A stretch of 64,000 bases of DNA from the human T2T-CHM13v2.0 reference genome, Homo sapiens: NCBI RefSeq assembly GCF_009914755.1, contig NC_060931.1. One strand, 5' to 3'. Each line of letters begins with the position of its first letter. Positions within the stretch are counted from its first letter, which is position 1. Position numbers and translations under genes: made by a program. The notes below the pieces were generated by a model. It saw only the letters and a list, made by a program, of their open reading frames with translations. It ran no database searches and was not told the DNA's origin. Positions 1 through 24,734 of the stretch are shown piece by piece.

Positions 1-2150
1 GATTAGTAGTGGTCATGTGCCCTTGTGTGCATGTATGTGTGTATGTGTATGTGAGAGAGTGGAAGGAATATTAGACAGAGTTCAAACACCTGGGTTCTAT
101 TACTACCACCCCTTCCAACGGAGTGACCCTGTTCAGTCTATTTCTGATCTCTCAGGGCTGTCCATGAGGCTTTTCTGTGCAGGGGACTGGACAAGCATGT
201 GACCCCATCAGGCTAGGGACAGTTGTTGGAGGTGGTGGGAATACAGTGGCATGAGGGTGGCATATGCCTGGGCATAACAAGGTTCAAGGGAGCCAAAGAT
301 TTCAGGACAGGACCAGAAGAGGGTGGAGGGGAGGAGAGGCCGGAGCCTGGAGCTGGGAGCCCCTGCCTTGCCCCTTGGACTCTCTGCAACCCCTCTTCTT
401 GGTAACTGAGAATGGCGATGATGCCCCCAGCACAGGGTGGTGAGGAAGAGTGAGTGAGATCATTGAAATGGTGCTTTGTGGATGTAAAATTCTGTGTAAA
501 ATATTATTAGCAAAGGGAGCTGTGACACCATTGGAAGAAAACTTGGGGAGGGACGAGACTTGGAATAGTCCACATCCAGCAACAAACTCCTCAGGGCTCT
601 CAGCTGTTATCAAACTGCATCCTATGCTCCCTCCTCAGAACCACACACAGGAACGTGGGCTTCTTTCGGCCATCTGGTCCTTGGTGTCAGTTTCACTTAA
701 GGAATGACTGTATTAAATTGATGGAACTTTAGTAAACTTAATTAACATCCACCATGCACCCTTCCTTGGCAGCCTGAACCCCAGGTCCAGAGCCCCATGT
801 TCAGGAGCCATGCAGGCAGCTGGGTCCCTGGAGCAGGTCCCCCGGCAGAGACGCCAAATGACAGCTGGGAAGGCCCACCTTGCCTGAGTTCGAGCTGTAA
901 ACATCCAAGAAATCTACCAGCGGTTACTGAGAGGATGTTAAAAATAATTATCCACTGAAAATATTAGATTTGCTCTGGATTGTTCATTACATACAATGGC
1001 TTCATAGAACTTTTATCAAATTGTAATCGCTCCAGCTTGCCATTGTTTTCAAAGCTCCTAGTATATCACAAACATTTATTTCTGACCACAAAATTACATT
1101 TATTCAACAGAAAGCAGCTCTGGGTCTTTCAGAGGTTAACTTCTGGAGTGCTTGGCTGCGCTCCAGCCCGCATTGGAGGGGGCGCACGGGTGCAGTGGCA
1201 CCAGGCAGTGGTGGCAGCACCGGGTGGGCAGCCATGATTAATAGAGTGCTGAGGGCACCCCTTTCCACAGGTGCATGGCTCCTGCCCCTGCTTCCATAGA
1301 TCATGGACTTAGCCTCAACATATCTGACTGAAATTGAATTTGGCTTCTCTCTCAGCTGTTCAGTTCCTATATTATACAAGGTTAGATCCCTTTCTCTATG
1401 AGCAGAAGAACCAAACCATCTGCAGCTTCGGAGGAGAAAATGTGCTTTCAATTATGCACCTGGCCTGAATGTTGAGCCGCAGTTCGATGGGTCCCTAATT
1501 GAGCCATCATGGTGCGAACATACAGGGAGACACTGTGTGCATCAGGCCTGTGGGTTTTGCCCTAAGATAATGACAGTACAGCAGCCACATCACCACGGTG
1601 ACCACCACAGCTGCCACCACTGTCACCTCCACCACCGCAGAAGGCCCAAGAGCCTGCAGACATACATGCTGGGTGAGAAGGAAGTTACCCAGCAAGGGTC
1701 CAGGGCAGCAGGCTGTGTTAGGGTCCCTGGAAAGCCTCCCTGTATCCTCCAGCCAGAATGCATCATCCTGTCCCCAGAGTGCCTGGCCTGCTCCACAGTC
1801 ACCTGTCTGGCCCCAAACCCAAAGAAGACCCAGACAACCTCTCCCTACTCCCAGCAGGACACTGGCCTATTTTGCTTGTGGGCATCTAGAAACCAAACTA
1901 ACCGAACTAGTTGCTCACACGCAGCACTCAATAAGTATTCATTTACAAGGAGAAGGAAAGAGGCAGGGGGAAGTTCAGCTAAGAATGTTTTACATAACCA
2001 GTTCCATAAGGCAAAGAATAGATAAAGCATCTAAGACGAGATACAGGCCCTCAAAGTGTGTGCAATCTCATAGAAGAGTGGGCTGGAAAGAGGGGAAAAG
2101 ATAACAATGCAATAACAAGAAAACAAGCACCCTGATTAGAAAATGGGCTA

Positions 2151-2480
<330 letters not shown>

Positions 2481-2618
2481 TCAAAAGGATTTCAAAAGAA
2501 GACATATAATGCTTGGCACAGTGGCTCACACCTGTAATCTCAAAAATTTGGGGAGGCCTAGACAGGAGGATCACTTGAGGCCAGGAGTTCAAGGCTACAG
2601 TGAGCCATGATCACCCCA

Positions 2619-2707
2619 CTGCCACCACTGTCACCTCCACCACCACAGAAGGCCCAAGAGCCTGCAGACAGACATGCTGGGTGAGAAGGAAGTTCCCCAG
2701 CAAGGGT
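2619..2707 (+). repeat. 89-bp templated copy of 1611-1699 inside an Alu monomer
   Basis: ctgccaccactgtcacctcc...cagcaagggt occurs at both sites with 3 mismatches. Confidence 0.93.
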
Positions 2708-3269
2708 GGCTTACACCTGTAATCTCAAAAACTTGGGGAGGCTGAGACGGGAGGATCACTTGAGGCCAGGATCAAGGCTACAGTGAGCCATGATCACTCC
2801 ACTGCACTCCAGCCTGCACAGCAGAGCGAGACCCTGTCTCTCTCTAAAAAAAAAAAAAAAAAAAAAAGACACGCAACACACAAACAGCCAACGGATATAT
2901 GAAAAGCTGCTCAACATCATTAATCATCTGGGAAATTCTACCCAAAACCATGATGAGCTATCACCTGATACCTGTTAGAAGGGCTATTACCAAAAAGACA
3001 CATGAGTACTAGTGAGATGTGGAGAAAAGGGCACCCTTGCACATTGTTCGGGGGAAGGTAAATTGGTACAGCCATTATGGGAAACAGTACGGAGGTTCCC
3101 CCCAAAATTAAAACGATCCAGCAATACCACAAAGGGACTTAAATCAGTATCGTGAAGAGTTATCTGCACACCCACGTACATTGCGGCACTATTTACAATA
3201 GCCAGATATGGAAACAGCCTAAGCGTCCAGCAACAAATAAACGGGTAATGAAACTGATTTTATATACAC

Positions 3270-3353
3270 ACGGTCATTCCTTGGTACACTTGGGGGATTG
3301 GTGCTAGCACCCCCTGCATATACCAAAATCTGCACATACTCCAGGTCCCCCAG
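3270..3353 (+). mobile_element. MER8/MER2-type (TcMar-Tigger) fragment
   Basis: gggggattggtgctagcaccccctgcatataccaaaatctgcacatactcc matches the recalled MER8/MER2 5' end. Confidence 0.55.
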
Positions 3354-3485
3354 TAAAGGGTAAATGTTTTACTTATACAATAAAAGTAAGTTTGGGGTAC
3401 CTAAGGTACAGCATGGTGACTATAGTTAATAATCTTGTGATCATATATATGACATTTGCTAAGGCAGTAGATCTCAAGTGTTCTC

Positions 3486-3486
<1 letters not shown>

Positions 3487-3529
<43 letters not shown>
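3487..3529 (+). repeat. (CA)n microsatellite
   Basis: About 21 AC units. Confidence 0.97.
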
Positions 3530-3533
<4 letters not shown>

Positions 3534-4497
3534 TGCAGTGACTGTGAGCTAATAGGTATGTTGTCAGTCTGATTGTGGAAATCACTTCATAATGCATGCA
3601 TGTATCAAAACATCGCATTGGGCTGGGTGTGGTGGCTCACAACTGTAATCCCAGCAGTTTGGGAAGCCGAGGTGGGAAGATCGCTTGAGGTCAGGAGTTC
3701 AAGACCAGCCTGGCCAACATGGCAAAACCTCGTCTCTACTAAAAATACAAAACTTAGCCAGGCGTGTTGGCATGCACCCATAGTCCCTGCTAATCAGGAG
3801 GCTGAGGCTTGAACATGGGAGGTGGAGGTTGCAGTGAGCTGAGATTGTGCTGCTAGAGTTCAAGACCAGCCTGGGCAATGTAGCCAGAATTTGGCATTAC
3901 TAAAATTAAAAAAATATAAAATTAGCTGGGCCAGGTGCCTATAGTCCCAACTACTTGGGAGGCTGAAGCAGGAAGATCACTTTAGCCCGGGAGGTCGAGG
4001 CTGCAATGAACCCTGATTGTGCCACTGCACTCTAGCCTGGGTGACAGAGGGAGATCCTGTATCAAAAAATAAAAACCCAAAACCATCACATTATGCACCA
4101 TAAATATGTACAACTTTTCTTTTTAAATGATACTTTAATAAAGCTGAGGATAAAAAAAGAGGGAAAAAGTTAGAAATAGGTTGAGATGGTCAGGAAAATG
4201 GTCAAAGGAGACAGACTTTCGGTTCAGCTCTAAAGGATGGAAATGAGTTTTATAGGTAGGGAACAGCAAAAGGCTCTTAACAATAACAGAGGCTTCAGGA
4301 AATCAAAAAGTATGTTCAGGTGACTCATAATACACAGGCCAGTTCAGCCAGAGTAGAAGCCCAGGAATTTGAAGCTGGAAAAATATTTCAAAGGCAAGTC
4401 ATGGAGCTCCTAACATACCAATCTAAGAAGCTTGAGTGGGCAGAACTAGTCACAGAACTTGATACCAGCAGAAAGAGCTCTTTCAGGGAACCAAGCC

Positions 4498-4689
4498 CAG
4501 TGGTTCCTATAACTAGCAGTGCATGAGCATCAGAGGTGGGCTTTGAAGAAGTACAGGTTCTAAGATTCCACCCCAGGCCTTCTACACCAGAATGTCAGGG
4601 TAGGAGCTGTATTTCTGGAAACACGTGAGCAATTTTCATAGGGCCAGTGCAGCACTGGTCTGATGCAGCAGCAGCTTTGGGAGCCACTG
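4498..4689. mobile_element. MER5-family hAT-Charlie fossil
   Basis: Termini cagtggttcc...gggagccactg and internal MER5-like motifs. Confidence 0.5.
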
Positions 4690-4783
4690 ATCTAGTCCAA
4701 CATTCTCTAATCCTATTTCACCCATGACACTTAATGCAGTACTAGCTAAGTACTGTCAAGATGGGGATGGAAATAGGTGCAAA

Positions 4784-4849
4784 GACACATACACATACAC
4801 ACACACTCACACACACATTCACACACACACTCACACACACACACACATA
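4784..4849 (+). repeat. Imperfect (CA)n microsatellite
   Basis: Direct reading. Confidence 0.93.
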
Positions 4850-4960
4850 CCCTCCCTTCTACATGTTAGAAGCATAAGGCCTTGGTAAGTAACTATAGGG
4901 GCAGAATGTCTTCAGGCTCAAAACCAAAAGGGAGAGGGAGTGCTGAATCCTAACCACTAG

Positions 4961-5215
<255 letters not shown>

Positions 5216-5322
5216 TTAAAAGGGAGGTATAAATGAAGCTGTCTCAGAGATCAGAAGAGGAAGAATCTGTTTCTGGCTATTTTGGGAAGACTTGGAGGAT
5301 CTGGCATTTAGAAGGATGGATA

Positions 5323-5870
<548 letters not shown>

Positions 5871-6479
5871 CAGCTTACCCTATTTTTGAACATATCTACA
5901 TTGCTGGAAAACATCCTCTTTGGTTCTGCTGGCGATAGTCAACCAAAGTACTGCTCCAGTGAGTCTCATGAGGTTTCAGAGCTATGGAGCTCCTTGGGGG
6001 AGGATCTGGGTAACCCACTTGTTTTACAGATGAGAAAATTCTGGCAGAAAGAGGCCCCAAGACTCACCCAAGGTCACAGAGATGGTGGGCAGCAGCGCCT
6101 GGACCAGCTTCCTGTGAAATGCTCTTTGGAGTGAACCACATGGACACCTTGGCTTTATTCAGCAATATGCTTTAAATCTGAATGCGTAAATATGTTACTG
6201 CTCAGCAGATATGGGCTGCAAGATGGGAAGCAGACTTGTAGTTACTTTTAACTCAGTCATACACTGTTGTAGTTCACCCAACTTTCTCTATTTCCCCTAT
6301 TATTTGATTAGACTCTGTCGAATCATCCTGCCAGTGCCCATGGGGTATTTGCTTTCTACTGTACCTGTTTGAAAGGGTCTAGTTCAAAGGGGAGACCAAA
6401 GGGTCTCCTTCAAAGAGACCTAAGGGTTCTGCCTACAAGGCCCTGTCATGACCCGGGCCTACTAACTTCCTTGGTATTG

Positions 6480-6850
6480 CTCCCTGACAGGCAAGCCCAT
6501 CCCTGCAGAGCCCTGGCACTCGCTGCCCCCATCTTCCTGACGCTCTTGCCCAGCTCTGAGTGTGGTTGGTTCTCCTTGCTTCTTCCCTCTGATGTTCTGT
6601 TGTTCTCCCTGGAGAGGCCTCCCTGGATGACTGAAGAAGCCGCTACCATTTCTTCCCACTCTACCCCAAGACCTAGCATGTCTCCCTCACAGCACCTGGC
6701 ACCATCTAACATTGCCTTTTGTGTTTATCATCAGTTTTCCTTCATTAGAATAGCAGGGTCCTATTCGATTGTATTCAACGTGACATCTTTAGCTACTGTT
6801 TGGCCCATAGCTGGAAGAAGGAGGCTCCCGAAAAGTTTGTGTTGAATGAA
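6480..6850 (+). mobile_element. L2 3' end fragment
   Basis: Degenerate L2 tail ending gtttgtgttgaatgaa. Confidence 0.45.
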
Positions 6851-7205
6851 GACCAGAGAATAAAACCTAGCCTCTGAGAGCACGTCCTGCATGCAGCTCT
6901 GAATGTGGCCCAGCACACTGCATGTAAGGGAGACATTCAGCACAAAGGGAAATTTCAGATCATTCCTTGGTCCCTCCCTCAGGCCATGCCAGCGGGTGAT
7001 ACTGTGATGAAATTCACAGTTAACCTGGGTCCCACTCCTTCCAACGATGCAGATCTTGGTTGTAGCAAAATGCATGGACACAGTTATGGATGTCCACATG
7101 AGACAATGCACCAAGCTCCAGAATTTATCTAGGAGGGGCTGGTTAGAAGGGAAGTGGGCTCCAGGGAGGGTTTGCAGAGCACTGTGCACAAGATGAACAT
7201 CAATC

Positions 7206-8665
<1,460 letters not shown>

Positions 8666-8944
8666 ACACTCCTGTCTTGACTTTTTAATTTTAGTGAACT
8701 TGGTAGGGAGGAATCACTTGCAAATTAGTTATTTTAATCTGCATATCCCTGGCTATTATGGAGCCTAAACGTCTTTTCATATAGCTACTGACCATTCCGA
8801 TGTTCTCTTCTGACAATTATGCTCATGACTTGTACTCATTTTTTTATTGTTTTGTTTCCCCCATTGATATGCGAGCATTTTGAATATCTTGTGAACATTA
8901 ATTGTTAATTACAGGTGTGACAACTACCTCCTCCAGATTTGTAA

Positions 8945-9150
8945 ATCATGGCCAAGGTACAACTGTGGAATGCACAGCCCTAGAGGGCACCCTTCACATC
9001 CTGGATGTTTGAATCTTTATCACGGCAAACATGGAGGTAAGTATGAATCTTTATTATGGCAAGTTTCCAACAGGTGATGTGAAATGTCTTGAAAAAGGCA
9101 GACCTTTTTTCTACTTCACATGAATATACCATGGAGTTAGCAGTGCACTG
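8945..9150 (+). mobile_element. MER91A-like hAT-Tip100 fossil
   Basis: tgcacagccctagagggcacccttcacat...tgtcttgaaaaaggcagacctttttcta...ttagcagtgcactg resembles recalled MER91A. Confidence 0.5.
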
Positions 9151-9165
9151 TCTTGTCTTTCCACA

Positions 9166-9457
<292 letters not shown>

Positions 9458-9574
9458 ATCTTTCCACTTTCTTTAGGGTATCTTTCCATGAAAAAAAAGC
9501 CTCCTACTTTAAAATTTTAATGTAGTTCACTGCAACAATCTCTTCTTTTATGGTTTTCTGTTTAAAAAATTCTA

Positions 9575-9895
<321 letters not shown>

Positions 9896-10044
9896 AAGAA
9901 ATTCTACCCAGCCAAAAGTCATCATCTTTTATATTTTCTTCTAAAAAGTTTAAAGCTTTGTCCTAAGACTTTCCTTGTAATTTGTGTTTCCACACAGTGT
10001 AAGGTAGGGCTCCAACTCTAGTTAATTGTTTTTCTGTCTGTTTG

Positions 10045-10762
<718 letters not shown>

Positions 10763-11561
10763 AGATTCTGATTTTTTTTATTATGTTCCTTTGGTGTATT
10801 TATCTCACTTTGTGCCAACTACTGTAGCTTTAATAATCTGGTAGGGCAATTCCTCCAACTTGTACTGGTTCAATATTATCTTCACTTTTTTGTTTGTTTG
10901 TTTGTTTTGCTGGCTATCTCCAGTAGTATCCTTTTTAAAAATTACATTCTAAGTTTGCTGCTGATACAGAGGTATATAATTACTTTTGTATATTGATTTT
11001 GTATCTAGTAAACTGGTTAAATAATTGAGGCTCACTTGAAAAATGACAGTTTGATTTCTTCTGTTGCTGGGACTACAGGCAGGAGCCATCATACCAGCCT
11101 ACTGTACTTTTATAAAGCTGATGCTTAGTTCATAGATTGCTAGTCTTTCATTTCTTCTCTGAGTACTCATGTTATTTCTTAAGAGGATTTTCTTCTCTGA
11201 GGACACTTTCTCCCCTACTACCAAGAGGTTCTCTGAGCCAGCTCCTCATCCCCTCAGCCTTCCACACCATGACCCTTCTTAGGGAGAGAAGTAAGGATTG
11301 GCCAAACAAGGTAGAAAGACAGCATTTTCCTAGAGGGTGTGTGTATTACTTTGCTGAATGGATTGTCTAAATTATTGTTGGACTAGAATAAGCTTTAAAT
11401 TGGACTGAATATTAAGGGTACACCTCCTCCACACCACCCGTCAATTTGTTGGGCTTGTGAAACACCCAAAATTAGGTATCATAATCAACCAACTGATCAT
11501 AAATAGCTCTAATTTCTGTGTGAGTTTCATTTTATGATTTTGTTATAATAATTATAAGTAA

Positions 11562-12325
<764 letters not shown>

Positions 12326-12379
12326 TTTTAAAATAGAAAATCATAAAACAGATGATGAATTGATAGACAGATCTATAGA

Positions 12380-13090
<711 letters not shown>

Positions 13091-13609
13091 GAAAAGCAAA
13101 CACCCCAAAACCACACTGAACTCTTTGAGCTAGAGAACTAGGAAGCCAGTGGGTCTCTCAAAATCTACGGAATAGGTAACAGAACAGGTAAGAACAAATG
13201 TGGGTAGGTGTCAGGTAACAGTTTCACTCATCAAGTGCCAGCTTGGAGATGAAGTTCGAGAAAAAGACTGTTCAAGTCCATCCAAGCCCTGGGATGTGGG
13301 TGTCCTGCTGGCCGGACCAAGCTACCTGCATGGGGGCTGAATGAGGCAGGAAGAAGATCATAAGAGAGGAGCACTGTTCTACCCTCTAAAATTTCCAGCC
13401 ATCACCAACCACTGTGTCTTCTTTCTAGGCTGGTCCCTTTTGAGGTCCTGAAATTGCCTCTCTGTCTCTGGCTACAATATCCCCAGCCTCCTTCATTTAC
13501 TCACTCCCTGCTCTCGCTCCCAGCTGAAGAATTTCCCACATGGAAGCCCGACTGCTTGCCCTGGAGCTCTGGGCCCAGGAACCCAGCCTTCCATATAAGG
13601 CCCACATCA

Positions 13610-14008
<399 letters not shown>

Positions 14009-14846
14009 CTAAAACTGTACCAATATGGGGCTCTTTCAGGGGCTTTGGAAATGTCTCCTTTCCTCTTCTTATCAGCTTGGTATGATTCCCCATTCTGTTT
14101 TTCCAACGGAGAAGGTAAAGAGGTGAGATTCAGTAAATCCTCAACAGTATAATTTCTGGTTTACTAAACATCACTCAATCTTTACGCAAAGGGCTGGCAA
14201 GAAGTGTCACCCACATGGAGCCCAGTCTCCTCTGTGGCTGCTGTTCCCACTAACAGGTAGCCAGGGCAGATATCCCAGGTGATTTGGCACCCACGTGCCA
14301 TCTGCCAGATGGCTCCGTCCTTCTCTGGAAGGATCTGTTAGAAACCGCTTCCTTTTACCGAGCTCAGACTTCCTCCTTGTGGTTTCTGCCTGATGCTCTG
14401 GGTTTCAAGCCTGCGATCAAGTGGCATCCCTGTGCCCCCGCCAGCCTCTCACCAAAGCACCACACTTACAGCACACACTCATGGCAGTGGCAGCCCCAGA
14501 CCAGCTCAGGGAACAAGGCAACTTCCTGGAGGGGACGTAAGGGCTCCTAAAGGCTGTGGCACAAACTACCTGCCCATTGCCACCACATGGGGTGCTTCTG
14601 CTTGGAATCCACCCACCTCTGTATATTCTGAGCATAGGTTCCTTTTCCAGGAGGGCTTTCACCAAGGACCCAATGGAAAATCACATCACAGAGCACAAAA
14701 TCTGCACCATGCTAGGTTGGAGCAGCCGGGAAAGCACCATCCGGGCAGGGCAGCACCTTTTGCCTGGAGCATTTCTTTAACATGAATGAAAAGATGGATT
14801 AGCCACAAAGGGTGGCTCAGGATAGAAAATGAATAGAAAAGCTTAC

Positions 14847-14892
14847 CTCCATGGAAGCTCTTCAGCAGCGGTGCTACCTGCTTGCGCAAATC
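14847..14892 (-). pseudogene. CUX1: Orphan copy of CUX1 (CDP/CASP N-terminal coiled-coil) exon 3, frameshifted
   Basis: Minus strand reads ctcctgctccag|GATTTGCGCAAGCAGGTAGCACCGCTGCTGAAGAGCTTCCATGGAG|gtaag = DLRKQVAPLLKSFHG, versus recalled CUX1 DLRKQVAPLLKSFQGE. AG/GT sites are intact, but the exon is 46 nt rather than 48. No neighbouring CUX1 exon was found in the window. Confidence 0.85.
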
Positions 14893-15106
14893 CTGGAGCA
14901 GGAGGCGGAGGTCAGGAAGCAGCCATTTGAGAAGGAGAAAGAAGGGAAACATTGGTTAAGACCTCCTAAAAACAGCGTGGCAGTCAGTGCTGATTATCAT
15001 TATCTAAAGCAAGCCTGGGACCTTGCCTGTTCCTGCACTCCTAAAACATAGATAACGCCAATTGGCGCTCCAGGATTTAAACTTATTTAAGAATACGAGG
15101 TGGTTC

Positions 15107-16464
<1,358 letters not shown>

Positions 16465-16599
16465 TACATTGTGGTTCATGAAGCCTTCTGAGAATCTTGA
16501 GGAAAGCTACTGACCTTGCCCTCAGAAATAAAACTCTGCAAATTATTTTATCAGAGCCTTCCTAAGTACGACTTATCTCAAGAACCCAGGTGAAGAAGT

Positions 16600-16812
16600 C
16601 TTCTTATTCTATATCAACACATATAGCCATATGTGCTTATTTATATTTAAATACAACTTAGTTAAAATTAAGTAAATTTGGAAAATTCAGTTTCTGAGTT
16701 ACCCTAGCCACATTTCAAGGATTCGGTAGCCACTTGGCACTGGGGGCTACTGCTTTCAACCATGCAAATACAGAACTTTTCCATCATCACAGAGGGACCT
16801 ACAGGACAGACC
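16600..16812 (-). mobile_element. MER3 (hAT-Charlie)
   Basis: tagccacatttcaag and agaacttttccatcatcacaga match the reverse complement of MER3. Confidence 0.7.
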
Positions 16813-16824
16813 TGTACTGCAAGT

Positions 16825-17681
<857 letters not shown>

Positions 17682-17709
17682 TAAGGCTATCTCTGGTCAG
17701 CACCAATAA

Positions 17710-17902
17710 TAGTTTTCCAGAGATAACCACATCCTCATAGCTGGCACTTGTGAATACGTTAGATTGCAATGGTAAAAGGGGCTTTTGCAGATGGGACTAC
17801 ATTAGGGATCATGAGTCAGGAGATGATCCTGGATTATCCAGGCGGGCCCGGTGTAATCCTAGTGCTCCTTGTAAGAGAAGGGCAGGAGGCTCAGAGTCAG
17901 AG
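17710..17902 (+). mobile_element. MLT1 (ERVL-MaLR) LTR fragment
   Basis: ttttgcagatg...gagatgatcctggattatccaggcgggcccggtgtaatc is a typical MLT1 motif. Confidence 0.7.
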
Positions 17903-17906
17903 ACTT

Positions 17907-19307
<1,401 letters not shown>

Positions 19308-20158
19308 TAGCACCAATGAGTGAACAGTAATTACTGGTGAAAAACAGATGTTCATAGTATTTGTTTTCCTGGATGTCATGTAAGATAGCTGTAAGTTTCC
19401 CTTATCAATGTAAGAGCTTAGACCAAGTACAGAGTCTTTAAAAACAAGACAGTATATATTATGTGATATGCAGACTGTAGACCTCGACTTAAAATGCAGT
19501 TCAGTGAAAAACGAAGTTTCTTTTGTCCAGGATACCGAAACCGTCACTTCCCATCTCATCTGAAGATGAACCATATAGCCATCAGTGCGGCGTCATTCCT
19601 CTGGTTACTTTTATAGATGAACACATATTCCTTCCAGTCCTTGTGATAGAAAATGGTAATTTTAAATGGCATTGAAACTGAAGTATTAAATAAAAAAATA
19701 TCTTTCTATACAACAGGAGACAGTAAGTATGTCCTGGCAATTTCTCAAAGATTTTAGTTCACAGGTCTGAGAAAAATTCTATTAGCTTTAATTATTTATC
19801 AGCAGTCAATTTAGATTACTGTTCTTGACCTATTTTTACAGTGTATGGGCCACCCAGAAATGAAATAAATGAATAGTCTTTTTCTACAATGGCTGATTTT
19901 CTGAAATAATAGAAATCTGGTTTAAAGGAGGAATAAAACCCCAAACATGTAGTTACCACAATATATAACCCACCATGCTGTTTTTGTAGTTGGATAAAAT
20001 GAACATCTTTGTGAGTTTTTTGGTTATTAAATAAGAGTATCTTGAAAGGGTTAAACTCACTCCTGCTGTAATTTCTTCCCATTTAAATGTCTTTGTGCCA
20101 TTTAAGACACGTTCTGTGTCCTGGCAGAAAGTCTCCAATGCTGATGCTGTGGCTTTCA

Positions 20159-20684
<526 letters not shown>

Positions 20685-20851
20685 TTATCTAAGTTGTAAT
20701 GCCCAAATGTGGACCGAGGAGGATAAAGGCTGAGGATGGTGCAAAGGACTTGGAAGAAAGGAAGATTTGAACTGCACAGAGGCCGCAATCTGGCAGCACA
20801 TGGCCATGGCTCAGGAGCACTGGCGGAGCCTGGATGCCAATGCCTCTAAGC

Positions 20852-21102
20852 CAGTGATCCTCAAAGCAGGGTCTGGGGACTCGCAGCTCCCTAGATCCTT
20901 TCAAGGGCACACAAGGTCAAAACTACTCTTGTTACTTGCCTTTTCCTCGCCTTCTTCCGCAAGTGTACCGTGGAGTTTTCTAGATGGCTGTGATGTGTGA
21001 TGATAGCCTCACTCTGACACCAGTGACTCGTGTGTGTGTGTGTTCCTGTGCTTTGCAGACTCCTCAGCTTTCATGTCTAACACAGACAATACTGAGAGAT
21101 AC

Positions 21103-21143
<41 letters not shown>

Positions 21144-21195
21144 GCTCTCCATAGTCCCCAATTTTAAGAGACTGAAACTTTGAGAAATGTTTGCA
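20852..21195 (+). mobile_element. hAT-Charlie-type DNA transposon fossil containing (CA)n at 21104-21141
   Basis: cagtgatcctcaaag terminus, ggtcaaaacta and gtgtaccgtggagttttctaga motifs, tttgagaaa near the far end. Confidence 0.5.
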
Positions 21196-21606
21196 CTAAG
21201 GCTTCTTCTGGTCTCAGAGCTGAGAACTTTTCATTGTCAAGGGCAAGGCTGTTTGTCCACTCTGAGATCCTGTGTGTGGCCCCAGGGGCAGCTCAGACAG
21301 GACACTGGCATCTGGCATCTGGGGATCAGATATCCCACTGAGAGGGGCATGCAAGCACCAGCTCCAGTGCCTGGGCTGGCATCTGCCCTGCCCGGTCTCC
21401 AAAGCCATGTGTCCTGGGCTAGCCCACCTGGCACAGGGATTTCCTGCAGGACTCCACGTGGCCAGGGGATCAGTGGTGGGAAATGGGAGAAGCCAAACTC
21501 AGGCTCCATTGGTTAATTCTCTTAAATAAGTCTAATTTGACTTTATGTCTGATTTCAAAATACTCTTCCAGATCCCTTTCTCAGTAACTGCTCATGTCAA
21601 AACCTC

Positions 21607-22990
<1,384 letters not shown>

Positions 22991-23654
22991 TGAAACCAAC
23001 CAGGAGGTGTGACTCTGACTTTTGCCACTGTGTCATTTATTCCAGATCTTAGGCCCTACTAACATTTAGACAAATGGGCTATTTAAAATCAGAATGCAGA
23101 TGAATCCTTCCTCTTCATACTTTCAGGAGTCTATCCATAAGAATAATCAGAGATGTAGGCAGAGATTTATTCACAAGAATGTTCAGCATGTGTTTAGAAC
23201 AGAGAAATCTAGAAACAATGTGGATTCTGACACCATGGGAGTACTTATTAGAGAATTCTACTAAAGCAATACAATCACATATTAGGTAGTCAATATAATT
23301 ATTTTCTTTTTAAGAAACAAGGTCTTGCTCTGTCATCCAGGCTGGAGTGCAATGGCGTGATCATAGCTCACTGTAGCCTGGAGTCAGTATGATTACTTTT
23401 CGAAGAATAGCAAAGACTTGGAATGACGCATATGACTTCCATTTATTCGACAGATGTTTGTTGAGTGGCTATTTTGGGCCTTCTGGCCCTGTTTCAGGGG
23501 CTCTTTCAATCATGAGCAGAGACCACAGGCTGCTGTGCCTCCTGGGCTTCTGTTGAGTGGTGGGTGAGACATGAGTCAAATCACCACTACACTTACCTGT
23601 GGCCGGTGTTGCAGAAGGGGCACATGGTGTGAAGGGAGTTTAAGAGGCAGACCT

Positions 23655-24392
<738 letters not shown>

Positions 24393-24734
24393 TAAAGAGG
24401 CAGACCTGTCCCTAAACAGCAGAGAAGCCTCCTTTGGGGAAGGGGCACCTGAGCTCAGATCCTATAAATGTCCCTCACATGCAGTGACATGTCGCTATGC
24501 ACACAGACACACAATAAGTTAAATATGCACACACACATACAAACAAGTAACTGACGATGTCATCTCTACTACCTTCCTTCCCTTTCTGGGAAGATACAAG
24601 TGTGTATATCACCTGTTTGTTGCCTGATATAGAGGAGATGCCTGATCATGAATTCCATGATACAGTTTTAAGAGATGCTATGTATGGTTCACTCAGTGAA
24701 TCTCACTTTCTTACGTAAGCACATGTGCAAGTCA

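Noticed and set aside
1165-1190. CTCF site (agggggcgc)
   Set aside because: The 5' half of the core (CCASY) does not match.
14847-14892. GTF2IRD1/GTF2I I-repeat exon (LRKQV motif)
   Set aside because: The 13-residue match to CUX1 with matching exon boundaries is far better.
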